Shown one piece after another: positions 1 to 9,832 of a DNA stretch of 20,000 bases. Positions within the stretch are counted from its first letter, which is position 1. Each line of letters starts with the position of its first letter. A program made the position numbers and the translations under genes. Origin of the DNA: Chiloscyllium plagiosum (lineage: Eukaryota); NCBI RefSeq assembly GCF_004010195.1, contig NC_057719.1:45086852-45106851 (forward strand), read 5' to 3'. The notes under the pieces were generated by a model. It searched no databases. It was given only the letters and a program-made list of their open reading frames with translations, and was not told the DNA's origin.

Positions 1-74
1 GCCACTTCTTTTCCATTCAGTCTTGCTCATGCTATTCTCCCAAGCTGATACTCAACAGTTCACTTGCATTTAAT

Positions 75-1047
75 GGGCTGGATTTTCTGAAGAATGACAA
101 ACATAGTCAGATTGCCACTCCATTGTTTAAAAAGGAGAGCTCATTTCGAGAAAGAGATTCTGATCATGGATCCTGCAGAAAGGTGGAACATACCTTCAAT
201 CCAACTGTGCACTTGCAGAGCAGGTTAGTTGAGGGAAGGCCAATCACAGTCTCCCTCTTCACACCATGCCAGTAGTCACCACCTTATGGGATTTAATTGT
301 CCAGCAGTGCAGACAGCTACTTTGACTGTTCCAGTAAAATAGTAAGTCTGCAAGGGAGGTGTGAAGGTAAGATGCTAGGTTGTAGAGTGTCAGGTAAGTA
401 GGAAGCAAAGTGGGTTCGATACTATGGCACAAGATAAGAAGGTTGCATGGTAACTAAGTAAGCATTTCGGGTGGGCGGGGGAGTGTGAGATATAGAGGGA
501 GATTATCATGTTGTGTAAGGGGGAGGGGAGATGTCAAGTCCCAGGGGAGGAGAGTGGAGTGGCCAGTCCCAAAGGAGTGTTGGGTACACTGGCAGTGGAT
601 TATGAAGTATGGTGTTAGGTCCTGGGACAGAGAATGGTGTCAGATCAAGGGTGGACAAGGCTTGTCAGATTCCGGGAGAACCAAGAGGAGGGTAGCATGG
701 TCCTGGTCCAGAGTGTGGAGGAGGCCTTGGTGGATAATTAGTTAGGGGTGTTTGAAGTGAGTTTTGGGGAGGGGGCTCAGTTCAATAGTTGCCCAGGAGC
801 TGCATCAGGTTTCTAATTGTCCAACCTTTCTGGGAAAACTATTAACTGTAGCAGAACCCTCCGAATTGTCTGATTTCAGTGGGTATGTTCAGAGGGTTCC
901 AGGGAGTAGGGTAATTGCACAGCGCAATCTTCAGTTTCCTGGGCAATTCTCTTGGAGTCTGTTATCTCTGGGATTCCACAGGTTCCTGGTGTTCAACTCT
1001 AGTCTGTGCTGCAGAAATGACTATCCAGCCATTGGGAAATCCAGGCC
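75..1047. mobile_element. Putative old non-autonomous DNA transposon (MITE-like, possibly PIF/Harbinger-derived)
   Basis: Imperfect terminal inverted repeats: TGGGCTGGATTTTC (74-87) vs GGAAATCCAGGCCA (1035-1048; reverse complement TGGCCTGGATTTCC), 12/14 match. The interior is G/purine-rich (350-790) with no credible coding. No clear TSD. Confidence 0.4.
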
Positions 1048-2699
1048 AGTGTTCCAATCTCTTTCAGGCACTACTTCTATGCCTTAACCTGGGTTCTGCT
1101 CTCAGCAGTTCTACATCTCATGGCATGTGAAGGGAAAATGTAACGCAGTGATCTGAAGCAATTAGCTCGAGAATGGTTTCTATATTTTGTCAAAACAACT
1201 CTTGTTAGTAGATATCCCAATGAATATAACTTGTGAAAATTAAGTTAAACTCGAAGTCTTAAACATCACAAATTTCTGAAATCCAACTGGTGATGTGGAA
1301 GCAAGGATACAGATCTCCTCCTGTATTGCAAAAAATTCGAACGGGTTTTCTTGCCTCATGGCATGGTTTCGTTTTAATGTTGGAACTGTTTATTTTCCAA
1401 AAATGAATTTGCATCTTCACCAATCTCCATGACTCATGAATGGTCCAAGATGTAAAATTTATTTGTGTGCAGGGGCAGACTAAACTTGCAATTTATAATG
1501 TGTCAACCATGACTATCTATGTTTCTGGTTTTGTCTGTTGGCTGGTCAGCACCAGAATCTTACTCTAGTGTGGTGTGGAAATTTTTTTTTGCTGTGCAAA
1601 ATTGAGCAATACTCAGTACTTGTTATATTTGCAGAGATCATTTCAAACTATACAACGCAAGATTGAATTACAGGCAATTACAGGTCTGTTACTTGATGTG
1701 GTTACTATGAGACCAGTTTGAGATGATCATTTAAGAATATTACACAAGTGTATTGACACATTTTCTAAAACTGTAAAGTGCATTTTTTTTCTCTATACAG
1801 TGCTGGAATAACAAATAAGCTGAATAGCAAAAACACAGAATTTAAAAAAAACTTAGCATCTGTTATAGTTATGTGCCAGAATTCCTGACTGAAATCTGTA
1901 ATGATCCACAAATACTGCATCATACCTGGCTCCAGCTTAGGAGATACCAAAATAGTAATGGACCTTCAAGTTTGTTACCAAAACCTTACTTGTTAGTCTT
2001 CCAGTCTGGAAGGCACTCTCCGATACCTTTCTACATATAATTACAAACTTTTAGATTTTCCAAACTTAAGATTATTTGTGTTTGTTGTTGAACAGTGAAC
2101 GCTGTTAGATGTTTAACACTGTGGATCATGGAAATGTACAACCCACAAGAACCCACTAAATTGGAATTAGGAGCTGCACTCCAGGTTATATTCCCCCCTT
2201 GGGGATGCTGATTCACTTAGTATGTCCCAACGAGAATCTTTTGTATCTGTTATTGTTATATAGATTTGAGCTCTCACTCTATACACGAACCTGCAGGTAG
2301 AGGAAAAATGATGAGATGCTATAAAAGGAATTGTGGCAAGGAATGTATATTCATTGAACTCACACTGTGGAGATCAAAGTAGATGCAAGTCTGTGCAAAG
2401 GTCACTAAAATCATTAGCTTCGTGACTGTCTGCAAGCAAAATCATGTAGTCTGGATGCACAGCAACAACATCAATTTGTAGTTAAACAACCTTCGACAGT
2501 TAACAGAAGAATAATCAGCCAAGTCAATGACTCGGACTTAGAGTGGGAGAGGGGCCATGGTTTATAAAGCGAAATCCATTTTGCAGAGCCAAGGTAGTTT
2601 TTTAAAAAAAAGGGCTGTCTACGGTGTGTCAATAGGAGGTAAGATGCAGACAAGGCCCAATTCCGAGGAATGGACAGATTAATTTGGAGTTGAGAGAAG

Positions 2700-2966
2700 A
2701 ACCAGGTAATATCAAGAAGGGATCAGCACAAGGGTTTAAATTGAAGGGTCTGGGAGCAACTGTAGGTCAGCAGGATGAGGGGTGATACATCAGAAGGACT
2801 TGGTATAGTATAGGATATAAGCAGTAGCACTTTGGGATGAGCTGAGATTTAGAGGATGGGAAATAGATAACCAGCTCAGTGAGCATTGGAAAAATTAAGT
2901 TTGAAAATACTAAGGCAAGAATGAGGATTCAGTGGCAGCTAGGCTGAGGTAGAGAGGGAGGTGGAC
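2700..2966 (-). mobile_element. Degenerate L2-like LINE fragment (C-terminal ORF2)
   Basis: Minus-strand translation with frameshifts gives ...LILALV..KLNFSNAH*AG...ATAYILYYTKSF*CITPHPADLQLLP. This resembles the L2-clade motif LIHAFVTSRLDYCNALLAG...SAARILT.TK...ITPVLA.LHWLP. The PLE insertion at 2982 abuts it. Confidence 0.7.
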
Positions 2967-2981
2967 AAAATACAAAAGGAG

Positions 2982-3215
2982 TCTAGATTAGAGTGGTGCT
3001 GGAAAAGCACAGCAGGTCAGGCAGCATCCGAGGAGCAGGAAAATCGACGTTTCGAGCAAAAACCCTTCATCAGGAATAGAGGCAGGGTGCCTGCAGAGTG
3101 GAGAGATAAATGAGAGGGGGATGGGGGTGGGGAGAAAGTAGCATAGAGTACATTAGGTGAATGGGAGTGGAGATGGAGGTGATAGGTCAGGGAGGAGGGT
3201 GGGCGAAGGTAGCCT
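2982..3215 (-). mobile_element. Penelope-like-element-derived insertion (family A) with hammerhead motif and 15-bp TSD
   Basis: Flanked by a perfect direct repeat AAAATACAAAAGGAG (2967-2981 and 3216-3230). Homologous to 6255-6379 and 16214-16342. Confidence 0.85.
3044..3075 (-). ncRNA. Minimal type I hammerhead ribozyme motif (PLE-type)
   Basis: Minus strand UC-CUGAUGA-A-GGGU-UUUU-GCUC-GAAA-CG-UC-GA: conserved core boxes, stem II with G-U pairs, GUC cleavage triplet. Confidence 0.7.
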
Positions 3216-3617
3216 AAAATACAAAAGGAGGCAGCCTTTGAGAAACAGTAGGTGAAATGTTTTGAAGCTCCTGGAAAGGGGAAGCCAAGTGGACAGGGGC
3301 ACTTAACGGAGGAGAAAGCAAACTGTTATGTTCCTGATGGCGGGATAAAAGCTGTGGATTGCACTTGCCATTTGGCAAATAGTGAGAAGTTGTTTTTAAT
3401 ATATTGTCATGCCATTAATCAGTATCCAGATGTAAATGCATGCCTTCAGGTTGATTAAAGATGATGTATGCAAGGTGAAGTGGTCTTCCTAGTGGATTGA
3501 AATAGATTAGTAACTGCTTCCTTTGTATAGGGAGCGTTGTTGCGCTGGAGAGTGGAGGTACTGAGATCAGGTGATCATGACAAAGCTAGTTGAGGGATGG
3601 AGGTGGCAACTCCCTCG

Positions 3618-4772
3618 TAGAGTCATAGAGATGTACAGCATGGAAACAGACCCTTCGGTCCAACCCATCCATGCTGACTAGATATCCCAACCCAATCTAG
3701 TCCCACCTGCCAGCACCCGGCCCATATCCCTCCAAACTCTTCCTATTCATATACCCATCCAAATGCCTCTTAAGTACCAGCCTTCATCACTTCCTCTGGC
3801 AGCTCATTCCATACACGTACCACCCTCTGTGTAAAAGTTGCCCCTTGGGTCTCTTTTATATCTTTCTCTTCTCGCCTTAAACCTATGCCCTCTAGTTTTG
3901 GACTCCCCCACCCCAGGGAAAAGACTTTGTCTATTTATCCTATCCATGCTCCTCATAATTTTGTAAACCTTTCTAAGGTCACCCCTCAGCCTCCGACGCT
4001 CCAGGGAAAACAGCCCCAGCCTGTTCACCCTCTCCCTATAGCTCAAATCCTCCAACCCTGGCGACATCCTTGTAAATCTTTTCTGAACCTTTTCAAGTTT
4101 CACAACATCTTTCTGATAGGAAGGAGACCAGAAGTGCACGCAATATTCGAACAGTGGCCTAACCAATGTCCTGTACAGCTGCAACATGACTTCCCAACTC
4201 CTGTACTCAATACTCTGACCAATAAAAGAAAGCATACGAAACGCCTTCTTCACTATCCTATCTACCTGCGACTCCACTTTCAAGGAGTTATGAACCTGCA
4301 CTCCTGGGTCTCTTTGTTCAGCAACACTCCCTAGGACCTTTCCATTAAGTGTATAAGTCCTGCTAAGATTTGCTTTCCCAAAATGCAGCACCTTGCATTT
4401 ATCTGAATTAAATTCCATCTGCCACTTCTCAGCCCATCTGGTCCAGATCCTGTTGTAATCTGAGGTAACCTTCTTCGCTGTCCACTACACCTCCAATTTT
4501 GGTGTCACCTACAAACTTACTAACTGTAAATCTTATGCTTACATCCAAATCATTTATATAAATGATGAAAAGTAGTGGACCCAGCACCGAGCCTTGTGGC
4601 ACTCCACTGGTCACAGGCCTCCAGTCTGAAAAACAACCCTCTACCACCACCTTTTTGAACTAGTTCTGTATCCAAGTGGCAAGTTCTCCCAGTATTCCGT
4701 GAGATCTAACCTTGCTAACCAGTCTCCCATGGGGAACCTTGTTGAACACCTTGCTGAAGTCTATATTGACAT
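3618..4772 (-). mobile_element. 5'-truncated CR1/HER1-type LINE (RT and C-terminal region, 3' UTR)
   Basis: ORFs 4660-4935 (part), 4429-4650 and 3804-4418 give DFSKVFNKVPHGRL, GVPQGSVLGPLLFIIYINDLD, KFVGDTK and LVRPLFEYCVHFWSP...LERRRLRGDL. The 3' tail ends in CTCTATGACTCTA. Stops and small deletions are present. Confidence 0.95.
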
Positions 4773-5636
4773 TTCTTGAAACAGAAAGAAGCAGGACTAC
4801 ACAGGGAAGGTCAATGTCTATAGATCGCGGGTCAAGATTCATTATACATGGAAGATAGTTGTACCTGGAGGATTGATTGGTGAGGTTCTGACAGTTGAGG
4901 ATATTAGAAGGCAGGTCAAGGTTGATGGATAGCATAACAAGAGCTTTGAAGAGGACAATGACTGAGCGCTGCAGGATAACAGATACCAGTGGGCTGAGGG
5001 GATGTTGTTATGTAAATGCTGCATTTTTGAGGACAATGTGTTTTCTTTTGTCGATTGATTCACAATGTGAAAGTCAAAAGTGGAACAGTGTAGTATTCAT
5101 TTATTAGTTACACAAGGTCCTGTAAGGCTGGCACCAGGTGTCTTTGGGTTGAAAAGCAACCTGGTAACAGCCTGTGGAACTTGAAGTTACTGATTTTCAA
5201 CCTAAAGTCTCCCTGAAACTTGGGGCAGGGCTAATCGAGCAAATCAAGACCTCTGCTGCAGGTGAGGTCAGCCAATGAGAGTCAAGTCTGTGACACCAGG
5301 AGTTGCTCAGGGGCATGGTGAGGGGGAGGAATAAAGAATGGGAGAGCAGTAGTAATAGGGAATTCTATCATACAGGGAACAGGAATATTTCTGTAACCAC
5401 AGAGTTGACATCAGGCATGCACACTGCCTGCTTGGTACCAGGGACATGGCTGCAGGACAGTCTGAAGGGGGAGAGAGAACAGCCAACGGTTGTAATCAGT
5501 GTCAGTACCACGGATATTGGTTAAAAGAAGAGGAATGTGATCCTGCATGCAGAATAAATGCTCTTGGAAAATAAATCAAAAGGAACACCTTGAAGATGGT
5601 AATCTCCAGATTACTCCCACCGCCATGTCCAAGCAA

Positions 5637-5824
5637 AGTTTGGGAAAAGATTTGTAGCTCGGGTGCTCGTTGTTGTGGTTCTGTTTGCCGAGCTGGGAAT
5701 TTGTGTTGCAGACACAAGTGCAGAAGCGCTTCACAGGAAGCTCCCAAGCACTGAGGATGTCACCTAGACAGGGGACGAAACGTCTGCAACACAAATTCCC
5801 AGCTCGGCGAACAGAACCACAACA
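5637..5824. mobile_element. Penelope-like-derived insertion (family B) with internal inversion, hammerhead motif and 12-bp TSD
   Basis: TSD ATGTCCAAGCAA at 5625-5636 and 5825-5836. Inverted repeat of 44 nt at 5670-5713 and 5782-5825 (43/44 match). The host ORF1 reading resumes after the insert. Confidence 0.85.
5748..5787 (+). ncRNA. Minimal type I hammerhead ribozyme motif (family B)
   Basis: GCA-CUGAGGA-U-GUCACCU-AGAC-AGGGGAC-GAAA-CG-UC-UGC: stem I GCA/UGC, stem II 6 of 7 bp, GUC triplet at 5782-5784. Confidence 0.75.
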
Positions 5825-6254
5825 ATGTCCAAGCAAGATAGAACAATTGAATGCATAGCTGGAGTCACTATGTAGGAAGGAGGAGTTTAGATTCATGTGG
5901 CTTTGGGATCGATGCTGGGGAAGATGAGGTCTGTGCAAACTTGATGGGTTGCAGCTCAGCAGTACTGGGACTAACCACTGGTACTTAGGGAGAGGGTGTA
6001 TACCAGAGAAGCAGAAGAACAGGAAAAGTGACCGGGGCTAGTGATGGGCAAGGGCGTTTGAAGAATGAGGGAAACAAAGATGGAAATGAAAGCCTGAAAA
6101 GTAGGAAGCAAAAGTTTAAGGTAGTGGAAACAAGGGCTAGCAGCAAATCAATCCATAGTGTAAAAGAGTATGAAAAATGTTGTCAGAACAGATCTAAAGG
6201 TACTATATTTGAATGCACAGACATTTGTAGAAATGTTGACAAATTATGATTGTG

Positions 6255-6379
6255 GAGAAAGTGAGGACTGCAGATGCTGGAGATCAGAGCTGAAAATGTG
6301 TTGCTGGAAAAGCGCAGCAGGTCAGGTAGCATCCAGGGAACAGGAGAATCGACGTTTCGGGCATAAGCCCTTCTTCAGG
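6255..6379 (-). mobile_element. Short (~125 bp) PLE-derived element (family A) with hammerhead motif and 13-bp TSD
   Basis: TSD AATTATGATTGTG at 6242-6254 and 6380-6392. Inserted in the endonuclease region of the old CR1. Confidence 0.85.
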
Positions 6380-6380
6380 A
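6349..6380 (-). ncRNA. Minimal type I hammerhead ribozyme motif (family A, intact stem II)
   Basis: Minus strand UC-CUGAAGA-A-GGGC-UUAU-GCCC-GAAA-CG-UC-GA, with a perfect 4-bp GC stem II. Confidence 0.78.
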
Positions 6381-8130
6381 ATTATGATTGTGTTTACAAA
6401 GATAAAGATGCACGTTGCCAAGGCTGGAAACTGAACATCCCAGCATATTCAATCTTTAGGAAGAACAGGCAAAAAAGGAAAAAGACATTGAGTGATATTG
6501 TTCTTGAAGGATGAAATCCGTACGATTGTGAAAAAGAATCTTTGTGCAGTAAATCTAGTTGTGGAATCGATGTGGATGAAGCTAAGAAGCAACAAGTGAT
6601 GGAAAACAGTGGGAGATATCTATTAGCTTCTAAACAATAGTAATAAATTATGGGATGTCATTAAATAGAAAATTCAAGATATGTGCAACAAGATGCTACA
6701 GCAATAATGGATGGTGTTAAGCTACATACAGTAGGCAAACCACATAGCAATAATACTGTGGTGGACAATTCCTGAAGATTGTACATGCCATTTTTGGTTT
6801 AGACCAGTACGTTGAGGAACCAGCTAGTGAACAGCTTACCCTAGAATTGGTTTTGTGCAATGAGTATTATGATTATTATTAATAATGAGTAATCTTGTTG
6901 TACAAGGTCCTTAAGGGGAAAAGTGACCATAATATGATTAGAGTTCTTGATTGGGGTCGAAAAGGAAGGAGTCCAATCCTAAACTAAAATCTTAAATCTA
7001 AACAAAGGACATTACAAACTGGGAAACTTCATTAAAAAGTGACAGTGGATAGGTATTGGTTAATGTTTAAAAAATGAATATGTACATTGTAACAGTTATG
7101 TTTCTTTCAGGTGGAAGATCACAACAGGAAAAGTGGCCCAATCAGAGCTACCAAAAGAAATTAAGGGTAATTTTAGCTCCCAAAAGGAGTCTCATAAAGT
7201 TGCTTTAAAGAAAAGCAGTAAGCCTGAGGACTAGGAGCACATTAAAACCTAGCAAAGGAGGAACAAGAGACTAATGAAGAGGGGGAAAAAAAATTTGAAA
7301 GTAAATCTGCAAAACTCTTACATGCACTGTAAGAGCTTACATAAGTATGGAAAAAGATATTTGTGCAGTCAAATGTCGGCCACTTACAACATGAAATGAG
7401 AGAATCAATAGTGGAGAACAAGGAAATGACAGAACATTAAACAATTTCAAAGAAGAAAACACAAATAACTTCACAGAATGCTAAAGAACCAACCATCTAA
7501 TGAGAAGGAAGAATTGAAGGAGATTAGTATTAGTTTAAAAAAAAAAGTACTGGAGAAAATAACAAGACTGAAAACTGATAAATTGCAAGGGCTTTATAGT
7601 CTTCATGTCAGAGTAATGAAGGAGGTGGCCAGGGAAGTGCATACCTTGCTTATTATCTTCCAAAATTTCTGGAACAACCCTGGTAGATTGACAGATAGCA
7701 AATGTGACACCATTTTTTTTTAAAAAAGGAGGGAGGACAGAAATGGAAAATTCACCGAACACCATCAGTAGGGAAAATGCTAGAGTCTTTAAGGATGTAA
7801 TAAAGGAATGCTTAGAAAATATCAATGAGATTGCACAAAGTCAATGTGGATTTATGTAAGGGAATTATTTGACAAACCTTTTTTTGAGAATGCAACTGGT
7901 GGAATAAATGAGGGAGAACTAGTGGATGTGGTATATTTTAACTTTTTCAGAAAGCTTTTTATAAATTTTTGCATAGGAACTTATTGTGCAAAGTCGAAGC
8001 ACATGGGATTACTAATGGTATACTGATATTGACTGATTTGCTGACACCAGACTCGAGGAATAAGTGAATCTTTATCTGGGTGAAAGGCAGTGAGAAGTGG
8101 GGTATGCAGGGTTTAGTGCTTCGGGCCTAA

Positions 8131-8148
8131 CTCTCTCTCTCTCTATAT
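8131..8148. repeat. (CT)7 plus (AT)2 microsatellite within the old CR1
   Basis: ctctctctctctctatat read directly. Confidence 0.8.
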
Positions 8149-9649
8149 AAGTCAACTGGATGAAGATATCAAATGTAATATCTCTGAGTTTGCTGATGAC
8201 ACAAAACTAAGTAGGACTTGTGAGGAAAATGCATAAAGGCTTCAGGACAATTTTTAGATATGCTGAGTGAGTGGGAAAATGCAGTATAGCATGGATAAGT
8301 GTCATGTTGTCCAGTTCATTGGGAAAAACAGAATGAAAGAGTATTACTTAAACAGTGAAAGATTGGGGATATATTGGTGTACAAAGGGACCTGGGTGTCA
8401 TTGTACACTGGTCATTGAGAGCAAACATGCAGGTGAAGCATGCAATTGGTGTGTTGGTCTTCATTGCGAGAGCACTTGAATGAGAAGTGGTCCAGCGATA
8501 TAGTTCAAACCACACCTAGAGTATTGTGTGCAAATTTGGTCTCCTTACCCAAACAGGATATATGTGCCACAGAGGGTGTTCAGTGAATATACACCTGACT
8601 CATGCCTGGGATGGCAGTTTTTCATAGGAGGAGAGATTTGAGTCAATTGGGTCTGTCCCTGAAGTTTGGAAGAATGAGAGAAGATCTCATTAAATCATGT
8701 AAAATTCTGACAGGTCTGGATGTAGGAATGATGCTTTTCCTGGCTGGGACTTTTCAGATCAAGGAGACATGGTCTCAGGATAAGGTCAGGCCATTTTGGA
8801 CTGAGTTAAGAAGAAATTATTTCACTGAGGGTGGTGAATCTGTGGCGTTCTCTAACACAGAAGGTGGTGGAGGCCAAGCTACTGAATATGTTGATAAAAA
8901 GTAATAGATTTCTAAAGCTAAAGGTGTCAAGGGGAATGGGAGAAGAGCGGAGCATGGCATTGATGTAGAGATTCAGCCATGGTTTTGTTGAATGGTAGAG
9001 CAGGCTCAATTGGATAAATGACCTACTCTTCCTATTTTCTGCATTTCTGTCTCCTATATTTTAAATTTGCTTAGTATTAGTTAACCCATTTTTTTTCACT
9101 TGGTTAGAAAGAATAAGTTTGTTTATAATGTTTTTCTTCTTTGTTGATTAAACCGGTGTGAGGTTTTGTCTTAGATAGCAGTTAAAGTCAGGCAAGTAAC
9201 CATTTTAGTGACACCATTGGTCAGGTCTCCATTTTATGATGGCCAATAATGTATTGGGGCTTGATTACCAGTTTTCGGGATGATGACAAGCAGTTCCGGG
9301 ATCACTCCGACAACATGAGTTCTCTAAAGTAAAGCTGCTAGAGTAGAGCTGGAGATTGGAGTTGTCCAGAGTGGTGTGGGTGGAAATGTGGATCTCCAAA
9401 TATAAGGTTTCCTATTGGACAAAAGTGCTTAGGAGAGGAGGAAGAACCTTAGAGACTCTGCTGCCCAGATCTTCGATTGCCTTTCTTTGCAGTTCATCTC
9501 TGCTAATCAAGGTCATAGAATGTAGCTTAGAGCTTGGTGACTTCCTTTGTGACGCACCTTAATGTTCGCCACCTACACTTTGTTTCTAAAGTTTGTTTCA
9601 TATGTCAGCTCTTTTTTCAAAAAGGAAGTTGTCTGAATTCTTTCTTTAG

Positions 9650-9763
9650 TTTCCCACATTTTTAAAGTGTGCACCTGATTCTGAAATGTGGCATAAAAAT
9701 GTTTTGCAAGTTCAGAAAGTGCCTCGTAATCTTAACCATTCCCTTTTGGCTTCTTTCTTCAAG
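9650..9763 (+). CDS. Candidate internal coding exon of an unidentified host gene (38 aa, phase 0/0)
   Basis: Acceptor ttctttctttag|, donor AAG|gtaagc, 114 nt without stops: FPTFLKCAPDSEMWHKNVLQVQKVPRNLNHSLLASFFK. Lies in unique sequence. Confidence 0.5.
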
Positions 9764-9832
9764 GTAAGCACAATTCCTTTAATTTCTGATTTTAGCTATT
9801 TCATCTTTGGCTTAGTGCTTGCCAATAAAATT

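Larger units (their letters stand above)
5343..5975 (+). pseudogene. CR1 ORF1 SGNH/GDSL esterase-like domain remnant, interrupted by a PLE insertion
   Basis: GNS (for GDS), VSTTD (for IGTND) and DGLQL (for DGLHL) blocks occur in the expected order. Confidence 0.8.
5335..9050 (+). mobile_element. Old, near full-length CR1-clade LINE: ORF1 esterase-like domain, ORF2 APE endonuclease and RT, 3' UTR
   Basis: ORF1 remnants: RAVVIGNSIIQG (5343), LQDSLKGEREQPTVVISVSTTDIG, VISRLLP, KLDGLQL..TGTN. ORF2 remnants: LKVLYLNA (~6193), QGWKLNIPAYSIFRKNRQ, GELVDVVYFNF, ISEFADDTKL (8180-8209), KPHLEYCVQIWSPY. Many stops and frameshifts. Confidence 0.9.

Noticed and set aside
485..1130. ORFs of 71-107 aa
   Set aside because: They are compositionally biased, non-ATG starts inside a probable repeat.
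1801..2040. Strong-looking acceptor at 1800, open frame 1846-2040, and a minus-strand donor near 1989
   Set aside because: All frames from the acceptor hit stops before a good donor, and no coherent exon or recognisable peptide emerges.
3885..4334. 149-aa + strand ORF (also 10170-10712, 7535-7825 and 12719-13036)
   Set aside because: These are antisense shadows of CR1 ORF2 pieces with no independent coding evidence.
3804..4418. 204-aa RT-related ORF as a functional or domesticated gene
   Set aside because: It is part of a truncated LINE with upstream stops and deletions and a mutated catalytic motif (FVGD for FADD).
5576..5938. Overlapping ORFs on both strands with the repeated peptide LQHKFPAR
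   Set aside because: This is an artefact of the 44-nt inverted repeat in the PLE insertion.
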